Below, one piece after another: positions 10,562-20,305 of a DNA stretch of 54,555 nt (its first letter is position 1; each line of letters opens with the position of its first letter). The translations under genes were made by a program, and so were the position numbers. The stretch covers positions 1-54,555 of the forward strand of contig CAJXDD010000001.1 in the NCBI GenBank assembly GCA_913052075.1, in the 5' to 3' direction. This DNA comes from an uncultured Gammaproteobacteria bacterium. Lineage in GTDB: Bacteria > Pseudomonadota > Gammaproteobacteria > Pseudomonadales > Azotimanducaceae. The notes beneath the pieces are model-generated. The model was not told the DNA's origin, searched no databases, and saw only the letters and a program-made list of their open reading frames with translations.

Positions 10562-11143
10562 TTATTCGACGAATTCTTCTTCGATAAAGAGAAGGACTGC
10601 TGAAGTTAGAACGTTATCAATCTCTTTGGAGGTTGGTCTTGGGAGGCCTTGGGCCCTGAACATCCTCATCACATTTCGGGCGAGTACTTTCTTGTTCGGC
10701 CCATCCAGCCCAACCATATCCTCATCAAATGGCAATCCGTTATCGCCGAAGTGCTGACCAACTACAGACTCTGTCAAATGAGACTTCAAACCACCAAAAT
10801 TCGCCTGATTCCAGTTTCTGGCACCTTCGAGAATAAGATCCTTAAGGACCTCATCAGAGTCGACTGAGATATCGCTCCCCTGCAATGCCATCTGCAACTT
10901 CATGGACTTCCAGGATTCGGGTTCAGCTAATGAGACTCTTGCCCTGTTTGTTCCCTTTCCATCAGCGCCATGACAGCTTCGACAGCTTTCCCCTCCGGTC
11001 TGATAGACCTGCTTTCCTAGCTCGACCATATTGATCTGATCGACATCTTGGGAAGCCAACGCCTGCGACATAGCAGCAAGGCAAAATAAGAAAAAAGCTA
11101 CTCTAAGCAAAATTTCATCTCCCCGTAGTTTGCTTACCGACAC
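10562..11143 (-). CDS. Secreted mono-haem c-type cytochrome
   Basis: Signal peptide ILLRVAFFLFCLAAMSQALA and a single CxxCH haem-binding motif (CRSCHG). Confidence 0.7.
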   Translation of the reverse strand: MSVSKLRGDEILLRVAFFLFCLAAMSQALASQDVDQINMVELGKQVYQTGGESCRSCHGADGKGTNRARVSLAEPESWKSMKLQMALQGSDISVDSDEVLKDLILEGARNWNQANFGGLKSHLTESVVGQHFGDNGLPFDEDMVGLDGPNKKVLARNVMRMFRAQGLPRPTSKEIDNVLTSAVLLFIEEEFVE

Positions 11144-11190
11144 CCCAGTAGTTTAAGTTTAACCGCTAAATTTCACAAACTTAGCGGACA

Positions 11191-13284
11191 TTGAACAAGT
11201 TACGAACTTCCATCAGGTACCGAGTCATCGCTCTTTTTATAGGTGCCCTAACGCTCACTCTTATCTTAGTTTTATCTCAAAACTATCTCATGCTTGCTCA
11301 AAATGAGGCCACCTTGAGCAAAGAGATATCCGACAATCAACAGATTTTATTCGCGAAGATAGGCGCATCTCTGATCGAGAGAATGACTTACTATGCATAT
11401 GAGGCAGATTCTGGAAAATCATCAATCTGGAAATTGAGAGGTAGCAGAAGCCCTATTACCGCGATTCAAAGCGGCGATCCTAGGAAAATAGAGATAGCAG
11501 TGGAAGGGTTCTTCGAGCAGCTCAGCGAGAACGGTACTCTCGACACACTGATCATCTTTACACCAGAAGGCGAAGTGCTGAAAACCTTCACCACCGATCG
11601 TTTGAACGCATCTGAGCATTCGACACTTGGCTTTAATTTGCAACAGAAAGCATTTCAAAAGAAGCTGACAAGCGGCTTTATTCACTGGAACCAAAATACT
11701 GCTCTGTTTGTGACGTTCCCAATCTACGCAAACGCTCGAGTGCTCGGCTACGTGTACTACGGACTTCGGTTTAAGAGACTCAATCAAATATTCGAGCAGG
11801 ATAGCAAATCCCACGTTTTCAGCCCGTCAAGTCCAGCATCTGTTACCGATGGCACATTGACTGTGTTTCAGGATTTTCGGATCGATTCGCAAGCCGACGG
11901 GGAGACCACCCAGCACAAGGATAGTTATTATTCAATCTCAAAACATGCGGTTGCCCTGACGCCAACAGGGGATCTACCTATTTATTTTGCTAAAGACATC
12001 ACCCAAACAGTACAGGCAAACCTCAACTATCTTTATCAAGTGTTAATCGCGGGCGTCTCGGCGTTGGTCCTCGCTGGATTGACTTTGCTCATTGTATTGC
12101 GGAGATCGCTCGATCCGCTCAACGAAGCCGTCTTGTCACTAGAATCACTGTCTCAAGGCAATCTGGACATCGACGCCCTGCCCGCCTCAGACGATGAGGT
12201 TGGAAAAATCGCTAAAGCCATCGATAAGCTAGGGCAAAGCTTAAACGCATTTAATCTCCTAAGAAGTGAGGCCAGGAGAAACAGAGCATCGCAAGAAAAC
12301 GAGATCCTCGATCAAACTAACAAGCTATCGAGTCTTTTGCCAGAGAGTCGCCAATTACAAATGAAGAAAACTCTAGAAGAAATCCAGTTGGAAATAGCGA
12401 GATATCAGGAGCAAGAGTACGATAACGGCTTGGTAGTTGAGACCGACCTTGTGACAACTCTCTTCTCGAAATCTTTTGGCTCCCTTGCCACAGAACTCGA
12501 GATGCAATACTCAGAACTTGAGAGTCTTGTTAGGGAGAGAACAGTTGAGTTGGAACAGGCAAGAGACAAGGCGAATGCCGCGTCGGAAGCCAAAGGTAAA
12601 TTCTTAGCGAATATGACTCATGAGCTGCGAACTCCTCTCAACGCGATCATTGGTTACTCGGAGATGATCTCGGAGGAAGCTGAGGAAGAGGGGTTAGTCT
12701 GGCTAATCGATGACATTAGAAGAATAAAGGAATCAGCAGTCCATCAGCTGTCCCTTGTCAACGATGTTTTAGACCATTCCAAAATTGAAGCAGGCAAACT
12801 CGACCTATATGTTGAAGATTTTGAGCTCGGGCAGTGCCTGAAATTCATCAAGGACTTGACCACTCCTTTAGCTGAGAAAAACAACAACACAATAGCTTTC
12901 GATCTCGCAGAGAATCTTGGCCGAATGACCTCTGATGAGACAAGGCTAAGGCAAGTTTTGCTCAATATTATCAGTAACGCTTGCAAATTCACCAAGGACG
13001 GTCGGGTTATAGTCTCAGTCCATCCATCTGCAGATGTGGAAGCATCATTGGTCTTTTCGGTAAGCGATACCGGCGTTGGTATGAGCCCAGAACAGGTGGC
13101 GAAGGTCTTCGAGGAGTTTACGCAAGCTGAGGGAGATACAGCAGCCAAATATGGCGGTACTGGCCTAGGCATGACTATTACAAAACGCCTGACCGAGATG
13201 ATGAAAGGGTCTATCGGAGTCACGAGCGAGGTTGGCCAAGGCACAACTTTCACACTCTTGCTACCCCGAATTATTTCCCCATGA
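11191..13284 (+). CDS. Sensor histidine kinase (periplasmic sensor domain, HAMP, coiled coil, HisKA, HATPase_c); no receiver domain
   Basis: Two TM segments (VIALFIGALTLTLILVL and VLIAGVSALVLAGLTLLIVL) flank a roughly 270-aa loop. H-box FLANMTHELRTPLNAIIGYSEM, N-box LLNIISNACKFT, and G-boxes DTGVGM / GGTGLGMTI are present. The start codon is TTG at 11191. Confidence 0.85.
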   Translation: MNKLRTSIRYRVIALFIGALTLTLILVLSQNYLMLAQNEATLSKEISDNQQILFAKIGASLIERMTYYAYEADSGKSSIWKLRGSRSPITAIQSGDPRKIEIAVEGFFEQLSENGTLDTLIIFTPEGEVLKTFTTDRLNASEHSTLGFNLQQKAFQKKLTSGFIHWNQNTALFVTFPIYANARVLGYVYYGLRFKRLNQIFEQDSKSHVFSPSSPASVTDGTLTVFQDFRIDSQADGETTQHKDSYYSISKHAVALTPTGDLPIYFAKDITQTVQANLNYLYQVLIAGVSALVLAGLTLLIVLRRSLDPLNEAVLSLESLSQGNLDIDALPASDDEVGKIAKAIDKLGQSLNAFNLLRSEARRNRASQENEILDQTNKLSSLLPESRQLQMKKTLEEIQLEIARYQEQEYDNGLVVETDLVTTLFSKSFGSLATELEMQYSELESLVRERTVELEQARDKANAASEAKGKFLANMTHELRTPLNAIIGYSEMISEEAEEEGLVWLIDDIRRIKESAVHQLSLVNDVLDHSKIEAGKLDLYVEDFELGQCLKFIKDLTTPLAEKNNNTIAFDLAENLGRMTSDETRLRQVLLNIISNACKFTKDGRVIVSVHPSADVEASLVFSVSDTGVGMSPEQVAKVFEEFTQAEGDTAAKYGGTGLGMTITKRLTEMMKGSIGVTSEVGQGTTFTLLLPRIISP

Positions 13285-13329
13285 AACTTATACAACTCGG
13301 CCGATTTGAAGATCTGACGGAGCGCTCGC

Positions 13330-15702
13330 CTAGACCATCGGCAGATGATGCTTGAGGGGCAGCGATCTCAGTCTCTTCCCAGTCAAAGCATGGATAGCAT
13401 TACACACAGCTGGAGCAACCAGCGAGAGGGTATTTTCCCCGGATCCAGAAGGATGTACACCATTCTCAACAATATGAATATCAAGCTCTGGTAAGTCCTG
13501 ATTTCTTTGCCACTTATAGGCATCGAAATTTGTCTCTTTCAATCGACCATTCTCGAGAACTGTTTCCTCATAGAAAGTGCTACTGAGCCCCCATAACAGA
13601 CTACCCTCAATCTGACTCCGCACTCCATCAGGATTAACGGCTAGCCCAACATCAGCGGCTACGGTCAACTTTCGAACACGAATGTCTCCGCCTGGTGTTG
13701 ATTCAACATCGGCAACACAGGCAGCGAAGGTTGGGTTCCATCTGCCCTCAGCAGCAGCTATAGAAACACCCTGGGCGCAATTGCGTGGGAGCAAAGGTGA
13801 ACCGTAGTTAGCCTGGCCAGCAGCGATCTTCAACACATTGGCAAGACGCTGACCTCCGCCAACGGTGACTTGACTCTGACCATGTATCAATTCATCAGAA
13901 TCATCCAATCGAGCTGCGACTCCTTTGTTGCGTCCCTTCCCTCGAAGCAAGCTGAGTCGCAAGTCGAGTGGATCAGTTTCGAGATGGTGGGCGAGCTCGT
14001 CAATAAAACTTTCTACTGCATAAACTGTAAAAAAATTGCCCACCGTACGGACGAATCCTACAGGAACAACACGAGCCATCATTTCGTGAAAATGATAATT
14101 GACGCTCATATTCTCAAAGTCGTACCAGTGATCACTCCCAGAAACAACGCCTCTACCTTGCTGGATAGTCCGATTCTCTCCTTGGGTATCCGAGGCACTT
14201 CGATATACCGTCGCTCCAACAGGACCCGGTGAACCTGGAGCCGACGCGAAATCATGTGTCACCGCGGCGATTTGCTTTGCAGGCATATTCACTTGGCTTC
14301 GATCAATTGCCGCTCTTAGCGTGTGATGTGAGATCGGCTTAGGATGTCCAATGTTGAATTGATCTTCTCGGGTCAAAATGACTTTTACTGGCCTGCCAAG
14401 CACTTGGCAGGCCTGTGCGGCTAAAACCACTTGATCCGTGTATATTTTGTCACCAAAACTTCCGCCCATTAGCATTGGGTGGCAAACGACCTGAGATGGG
14501 TCAATTCGCAACTCCGATGCGATTTGGTCGATGAGTTGGCTCGGAGCATGTACGCCCGCGTAGACGTGGAACCTGCCTTCAATGTTCTGCACTAGGGCAC
14601 TGCGCGGTTCTAGCGCCGCATGCTCTATCATTGCGGTTTGATAAGTTGCCTCCACGACCTCGACTGATTTCTTGAACTCGGCGGCACTATCTCCAACCTC
14701 AAGAAATGACTCTCCTTTCTCCTCGTCTATTAAGCGCCGCGCCTCCTCATAAAGATCGGCATTGCTTACCAGCTGCGACTTCGGAACTTCCCACTCTACA
14801 TCCACTAATTTTTCAGCCTTCATCGCCGCAGGAAAACTCTCGGCCATCACCAGCGCCACATCCGTCCTGCCGGTGCCAGGCTTTCCCTCCGTGTTGAGAG
14901 ACAATGTTCGAATATACCCAGGGATCTCCTCGCGCGCGCTCTGATCTTTAATGCTGCGAATTATTGACCCAAGGCGGGTTGGCGCTAACGATACTTTCCC
15001 GTAAACCATATTTGGAACGTAGGAATCCAAACCGTACCTGGCTTTACCATTCACCTTTTCTGGTATGTCTAGATGAGGTATCGATTGCCCAATGATTTTA
15101 TAGTCTTCGCGTGACTTGAGCTGAACGCCAGCTAACTCTTCTGGCTGAATCTCTAGATTCAAACTTGTTTGAGACAATATCTCTGCATAGGAAATTTCTT
15201 GCTCGTACAAAGTGTCTATCACTTTACCTGCCTTTACGATGCAATCTTCCGGTGCACTGCCCAACAAATCAGCACCTGCATCGCGAAGAAAACCCCTTGC
15301 AACCGCGGCAGCCTGAGCAAGCGGCGTAAAATTCTGTATGACGCTCATGCTCCCGCCAGTATTCTGTTGCCCGGTTTCGCCTCTGACCTCTATATCCATT
15401 GACGGGTAATCGATAGAGACTTTGTCCCAGTCCAACTCCAGCTCTTCTGCCACGATCTGAGCAAAAGCTGTACCTACGTGTTGCCCGATTTCCTGCTTAA
15501 AAATATGAACATTCGTAAAACCACTGCTCTGCATAGTGAACCAAACTGAAGGGGAGAAGTTCTCTGGAATGACCAAAGGACTACCAGGATCAAGCAGATT
15601 GACTACGGTTGTCCCCGCCATACTTGGTTGCGCAAAGAGCAGCCCGGTTGCACCCACTGTTGACGAAATCAGAAATCCCCTTCTCGATATTTCATTTTTC
15701 AT
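13330..15702 (-). CDS. Molybdopterin-binding large subunit of a xanthine-dehydrogenase-family oxidoreductase (IorB / aldehyde dehydrogenase type), Tat-exported
   Basis: Twin-arginine signal MKNEISRRGFLISSTVGATGLLFAQPSMA. The 790-aa size and colinear blocks are typical of isoquinoline 1-oxidoreductase beta / membrane-bound aldehyde dehydrogenase large subunits. It directly follows a 2Fe-2S small-subunit gene. Confidence 0.8.
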   Translation of the reverse strand: MKNEISRRGFLISSTVGATGLLFAQPSMAGTTVVNLLDPGSPLVIPENFSPSVWFTMQSSGFTNVHIFKQEIGQHVGTAFAQIVAEELELDWDKVSIDYPSMDIEVRGETGQQNTGGSMSVIQNFTPLAQAAAVARGFLRDAGADLLGSAPEDCIVKAGKVIDTLYEQEISYAEILSQTSLNLEIQPEELAGVQLKSREDYKIIGQSIPHLDIPEKVNGKARYGLDSYVPNMVYGKVSLAPTRLGSIIRSIKDQSAREEIPGYIRTLSLNTEGKPGTGRTDVALVMAESFPAAMKAEKLVDVEWEVPKSQLVSNADLYEEARRLIDEEKGESFLEVGDSAAEFKKSVEVVEATYQTAMIEHAALEPRSALVQNIEGRFHVYAGVHAPSQLIDQIASELRIDPSQVVCHPMLMGGSFGDKIYTDQVVLAAQACQVLGRPVKVILTREDQFNIGHPKPISHHTLRAAIDRSQVNMPAKQIAAVTHDFASAPGSPGPVGATVYRSASDTQGENRTIQQGRGVVSGSDHWYDFENMSVNYHFHEMMARVVPVGFVRTVGNFFTVYAVESFIDELAHHLETDPLDLRLSLLRGKGRNKGVAARLDDSDELIHGQSQVTVGGGQRLANVLKIAAGQANYGSPLLPRNCAQGVSIAAAEGRWNPTFAACVADVESTPGGDIRVRKLTVAADVGLAVNPDGVRSQIEGSLLWGLSSTFYEETVLENGRLKETNFDAYKWQRNQDLPELDIHIVENGVHPSGSGENTLSLVAPAVCNAIHALTGKRLRSLPLKHHLPMV

Positions 15703-15714
15703 AAACCTACATCC

Positions 15715-16182
15715 TCAAACGTCTTGGATATCTGAACTATCGGCTACAGACTTAATGGCAAGATTAATGCGGTGATAAGTCATGCAACGACACAGGTTGC
15801 CCCGCATCGCTGATTCGATTTCCTCGTCGGTCGGATTAGCATTTCGTCTAAGGAATGCCGCAGCCTGCATTATCTGTCCGGACTGGCAATAACCACACTG
15901 GGGAACCTGGTGTTCGATCCATGCCTGCTGGAGAGGATGATCAATACCAGGACTCAATCCCTCAATAGTTGTAATGTAGCTTTCGTAAACATCATCAATC
16001 CGCAGTTGACAACTTCTCACCGCTTCCCCGTTGACATGAACCGTGCAAGCACCACAGTGTCCGCCCCCACAGCCGAATTTTGTTCCGGTCAGTCGAAGCT
16101 CCTCTCTCAACACCCAAAGCAGTGGGGTATCCGGATCGGCATTAACCACATAGCTCTTATTGTTCACGTTCAGTTTTGGCAT
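15715..16182 (-). CDS. (2Fe-2S)-binding small subunit (IorA-type)
   Basis: Two [2Fe-2S] cysteine clusters, GCGGGHCGACTV and CGYCQSGQIM...CRC. I prefer the ATG at 16180-16182 (MPKLNVNNK..., 155 aa, the normal size) over the ORF-track start at 16308. Confidence 0.85.
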   Translation of the reverse strand: MPKLNVNNKSYVVNADPDTPLLWVLREELRLTGTKFGCGGGHCGACTVHVNGEAVRSCQLRIDDVYESYITTIEGLSPGIDHPLQQAWIEHQVPQCGYCQSGQIMQAAAFLRRNANPTDEEIESAMRGNLCRCMTYHRINLAIKSVADSSDIQDV

Positions 16183-16713
16183 AGCACCTATCCTATCTTT
16201 GAAATCCGACGCGCCTAGTTTTTCGCGAAGCGGTTTCCGACTACTCCTAATGTCCACTGTTGAGTATTTATTAATTCTTAAAAATATTAAACCACTTTGT
16301 CTAAACAAAGCGCTCGACTTTGCTTTCTGGTCGAGTCCTCGCGGCTTTCATCAGAGTCGCATTACTAGCTACCATCAGCCCAAAGCCACATAAAAGTCCG
16401 ACATGATGCAAGCCGAGAAGCTGGAGACGAGTTCCCAGCGCCGTGAACTTAATCGACGCACGTGGAGATTTTCTGGATCATTTCGACACGAATCGTTGGC
16501 ATTGACCAGCTCTCCAGCCTTTAGGTAGGGATTGATCCCAATCAAGCTTATCAGAGCAAAACCTAGTTATCCCCGGCTTAGCCGCTATAACTACCGGGCG
16601 GACTTCGGATTGTCGTAGTCTCAGGACCACCCCATTTCTGGATAGCCCTGATCGCTAGCATCAGCCGCTTTAAAAATTGCTATAGAAACAGCCTATTCAA
16701 GACTGGGTTGTGA

Positions 16714-17937
16714 CTAGCCGCCGAAATCGTCTAGGAAGATGTTGTCCCTTTCAACCCCCATATCATCCAGCATAGTTAGCACCGCCTGGTTCATCATTGG
16801 GGGACCGCACATATAGTATTCACAGTCCTCAGGTGCAGGATGGTCCCGAAGATAGTGCTCGTACAACACGTTATGAATAAACCCAGTCTTACCATCCCAA
16901 TCTTCTAGGTTCTGATCTGACAGTGCGATGTGCCAAGTAAAATTAGGATTGTCCGCCGCAAGCTTGTCGAATTCGTCAACGTAGAACAATTCGCGTTGAT
17001 TTCTACCGCCGTACCAAAAAGTAATTTTTCTATCGGTTTTGATGCGCAGAAGCTGATCGAAGATATGAGCTCGCATTGGCGCCATGCCAGCCCCTCCGCC
17101 AATAAAGACCATCTCCGCGTCTGTTTCCTTAGCAAAAAACTCCCCGTAGGGGCCAAAAATCGTCACTTTATCACCCGGCTTCAGCGAAAAGATGTAGGAA
17201 GACATCTTGCCTGCTGGGAAATCAGTACCCGGAGGCGGCGAAGCCACACGGATATTGAATTTCATAATGCCCTTCTCTTCGGGGTAATTCGCCATTGAAT
17301 AGGCCCTGATCGTGGGCTCATCCACCTTTGAAACGGTGTCGAACACACCAAACTTGACCCAGTCGCCCTGATATTCTTCGGCGACATCGATGTCGGTGTA
17401 CTTCATCTCATATGGTGGGATCTCAAACTGAACGTACCCTCCGGCACGGAAATCGACTTCTTCTCCCTCAGGCAACTTGAGCACGAGTTCCTTAATGAAA
17501 GTCGCCACGTTGTCATTCGAGATCACCTCGCACTCCCAACGTTTCACGCCGAAAAACTCAGCGGGCACCTCGATTTTCATGTCTTGTTTGACCGCTGTCT
17601 GGCAGGAGAGACGCCACCCTTCCTTAGCTTCCCCTCGCGTAAAGTGTACCGCCTCCGTAGAGAGCATTGAGCCGCCGCCCTCGACCACCCGGCAACGGCA
17701 CTGACCGCAGGTGCCACCCCCACCACAAGCAGAGGACAAGAAAATCCCCGCATCCGCAAGCGTTCCGAGGAGTTTGCCTCCAGCGGCGGTGCTGAGGGTC
17801 TTATCTGGGTCGCCATTAATCTCGATATCGACTGCTCCAGCGGCCACCAGTTGCTTGCGAGCCATCAAAATCACGGTGACCAGTACCATGATAATGGCGG
17901 TAAACATGCCAACGCCTAGTAGAATTTCTGTGTTCAT
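16714..17937 (-). CDS. nqrF: Na+-translocating NADH:quinone oxidoreductase subunit F
   Basis: N-terminal TM helix, 2Fe-2S ferredoxin motif [15 protein letters not shown] motif RAYSMAN, and an NADH-binding GGGAGMAP block. Length is 407 aa. Confidence 0.97.
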   Translation of the reverse strand: MNTEILLGVGMFTAIIMVLVTVILMARKQLVAAGAVDIEINGDPDKTLSTAAGGKLLGTLADAGIFLSSACGGGGTCGQCRCRVVEGGGSMLSTEAVHFTRGEAKEGWRLSCQTAVKQDMKIEVPAEFFGVKRWECEVISNDNVATFIKELVLKLPEGEEVDFRAGGYVQFEIPPYEMKYTDIDVAEEYQGDWVKFGVFDTVSKVDEPTIRAYSMANYPEEKGIMKFNIRVASPPPGTDFPAGKMSSYIFSLKPGDKVTIFGPYGEFFAKETDAEMVFIGGGAGMAPMRAHIFDQLLRIKTDRKITFWYGGRNQRELFYVDEFDKLAADNPNFTWHIALSDQNLEDWDGKTGFIHNVLYEHYLRDHPAPEDCEYYMCGPPMMNQAVLTMLDDMGVERDNIFLDDFGG

Positions 17938-18190
17938 GCGTCCTGCTTTCCTCTCTTATTACCTGGACCCGCCCCTTTTGGCCCTTATTACTCTTTAGTC
18001 TATTTTTAACGATTCGTTTACTATTTATCCGTTGGATGTCTCATTGTTTCTTGGCGTTTTATATCGTGTCAGCTGATTCAACTCTCATGCGCTTTGTCTA
18101 GGCCTGCCCTGCCGTCTAAACGTGCAATGCAGATCGATAAGCGAGCCAGGGTCAAATGCGGAATCTGCGGAGGCACCTCCGCGGCACGCT

Positions 18191-18802
18191 TTACAACGAG
18201 ATCCCGCCAAACGACATGAAGCCCAGTGACATTAGGCCTACCGTGACAAAGGTAATCCCTAGCCCTCTCAGTCCGTCTGGCACATCGCTGTACTTCATCT
18301 TCTCGCGTATTCCAGCCAAAACGACAATCGCAATGGCCCACCCGAGTCCGGAGCCAATGCCGTACACCATACTTTCTGGAAGGTTATACGCACGATTCTC
18401 CATAAATAGGCTGCCACCGAGTATGGCGCAGTTCACGGTGATCAGCGGCAAAAAGACTCCCAGCGAGTTGTATAGCGCTGGAACGTATTTATCCAAAAAC
18501 ATTTCTAGAATCTGCACCATCGCCGCAATAACGCCGATGTAGCTGAGGAATGTAAGGAACGACAAGTCCACTTCGCCGAGTCCTGCCCAAGCCAAGGCAC
18601 CGTCAGCCAATAGGTACTGGTAAATCAAATTGTTCACAGGGATGGTAATCGTCTGGACCACGATGACAGCACAACCCAACCCAAATGCGGTCTCTACTTT
18701 TTTAGAGACCGCAAGGAACGTGCACATTCCCAAGAAGAAGACGAGCGCGAGGTTCTCTATAAAGACCGCGCGAATAAACAAACTCAAATAATACTCAGCC
18801 AT
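18191..18802 (-). CDS. nqrE: Na+-NQR subunit E
   Basis: [30 protein letters not shown] is near-identical to the NqrE consensus. The protein is polytopic and 203 aa long. Confidence 0.97.
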   Translation of the reverse strand: MAEYYLSLFIRAVFIENLALVFFLGMCTFLAVSKKVETAFGLGCAVIVVQTITIPVNNLIYQYLLADGALAWAGLGEVDLSFLTFLSYIGVIAAMVQILEMFLDKYVPALYNSLGVFLPLITVNCAILGGSLFMENRAYNLPESMVYGIGSGLGWAIAIVVLAGIREKMKYSDVPDGLRGLGITFVTVGLMSLGFMSFGGISL

Positions 18803-18810
18803 TGGATCCC

Positions 18811-19470
18811 CTAACCTCGCGACAGCGCGCTATGACTACTAATTTCATAATCGGGTTCCTCGACCTGTTCAGCCTTCCATGCTCGAAGCGCCCAAATAAG
18901 GAGTCCGATAATGAAAAATGCCGAGGGTGGTAAGAGCATCAATCCCATGGGCGTATACCAGCCTCCCTCGGTGACGAGGGGCAGGATGCCGATACCAAAG
19001 AGTGAGCCCGAGCCAATGAGTTCACGAATGGTGGCAACCACCATCAGCACAACGGAATAGCCAAGCCCGTTGCCGATGCCATCGACAAAACTAGCCCCAG
19101 GGGGGTTAGCCATTGCAAACGCCTCAGCGCGTCCCATCACAATGCAGTTGGTGATGATCAAACCAACGAATACGGTGAGCTGTTTGCTCATGTCATAAGC
19201 CACCGCTCCCAACACCTGATCTACCACGATCACGAGCGACGCAATGATCGTCATCTGCACGATGATTCGAATGCTCGAGGGGATGCGATTCCGGATGAGA
19301 GAAACAAATAAATTTGAAAACGCACAAACGGTGGTAAGCGCAATGCACATCACCAATGCCACACTCATCTTGGTGGTCACGGCGAGTGCCGAGCAAATAC
19401 CGAGGATCTGTAAACCAATAGGATTGTTGTTGAAAATCGGGTTTAGCAGCGTTTCTTTTAATTGCGACAT
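18811..19470 (-). CDS. nqrD: Na+-NQR subunit D
   Basis: [21 protein letters not shown] and MGRAEAFA are NqrD/RnfE-family blocks. Length is 219 aa. Confidence 0.97.
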   Translation of the reverse strand: MSQLKETLLNPIFNNNPIGLQILGICSALAVTTKMSVALVMCIALTTVCAFSNLFVSLIRNRIPSSIRIIVQMTIIASLVIVVDQVLGAVAYDMSKQLTVFVGLIITNCIVMGRAEAFAMANPPGASFVDGIGNGLGYSVVLMVVATIRELIGSGSLFGIGILPLVTEGGWYTPMGLMLLPPSAFFIIGLLIWALRAWKAEQVEEPDYEISSHSALSRG

Positions 19471-19486
19471 CGTGAATACTCCAGCG

Positions 19487-20305
19487 CTATTTCATATTCT
19501 TCAAAATCGGACCGTAACCCTCATCACCCAACCAATACGCGACCATGTTCTCAACGCCACGACTTGTCAGCGTAGCGCCAGAGAGCCCATCCACTTGGTA
19601 CTTCGCTCCCCTCGCGTTCGGGTCGACAGCGCCCTTGGCTACTTTGAGCGCAACCGCCCCATCCGGCCCATAGATCTCCTTACCTGGCCAAATACCCTTC
19701 CAAGCGGGATTGTCTACTTCGCCGCCAAGCCCGGCCGTTTCGCCGTGCTCATAAAACGTGATACCAGCGACAGTATTGGCATCGCCCTCTAGCGCAATAA
19801 AACCGTACAGGATGGACCACAGTCCATAACCGTGGACCGGTAGTACCCACTTCTCTATTGCCTCTCCAGACCTTAAGACGTACCCAAGCGCATAGTGCTC
19901 GCGCCGCTTTATGGAAGCGATGTCTTCAGCGGTGCTGAGCCCACTGGACATGAGTGGGTCTTTACTGCTTGCCCTTTGATCGAAACTGGCAACGTCAATA
20001 CTTGCCGCTGCCGCCTCTTCAGGGGACAGAATGCGTTTATCGCGGAGATCCATCACCACTGGCTCGAACTCTGCGAACCGCTCTTGGATTTGCTGCCTAG
20101 TCTCAATTTCATTAGCACTGAGCCCTGCCGCCAACAGCACGTTTCTACTTTTGTCTAGTGCTGCATTGTCCTCGCGCACCGACTTCAACCCCACTGCGGC
20201 TCCCGATACAACAATTGAACAACCGAGACATACGAGCACGGCGATCATGATGATGTTGCCGATGGAATCCTTGTTGAATCCCCCATCTTGATCAGACACG
20301 AGCAA
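19487..20305 (-). CDS. nqrC: Na+-NQR subunit C (FMN-binding)
   Basis: Single N-terminal TM helix and the flavinylation motif [10 protein letters not shown]. The start is uncertain: TTG at 20305 or GTG at 20299. Either overlaps the nqrB stop. Confidence 0.93.
   Translation of the reverse strand: MLVSDQDGGFNKDSIGNIIMIAVLVCLGCSIVVSGAAVGLKSVREDNAALDKSRNVLLAAGLSANEIETRQQIQERFAEFEPVVMDLRDKRILSPEEAAAASIDVASFDQRASSKDPLMSSGLSTAEDIASIKRREHYALGYVLRSGEAIEKWVLPVHGYGLWSILYGFIALEGDANTVAGITFYEHGETAGLGGEVDNPAWKGIWPGKEIYGPDGAVALKVAKGAVDPNARGAKYQVDGLSGATLTSRGVENMVAYWLGDEGYGPILKNMK

Noticed and set aside
12744-13295. 183-aa ORF antisense to the histidine kinase. Similar long antisense or out-of-frame ORFs occur at 269-784, 4173-4772, 22317-22787, 49756-50307 and 51245-51757.
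   Set aside because: All lie fully inside well-supported genes. Their compositions (Ser/Arg/Pro-rich) are typical of shadow frames, and they lack RBSs. Those at 51178-51757 are by-products of the acidic low-complexity coding repeat.
18078-18341. 87-aa minus-strand ORF spanning the nqrE 3' end and part of the nqrE-nqrF spacer.
   Set aside because: Most of it is an alternative frame of nqrE. The spacer-encoded tail has no RBS-supported start and no recognisable features.
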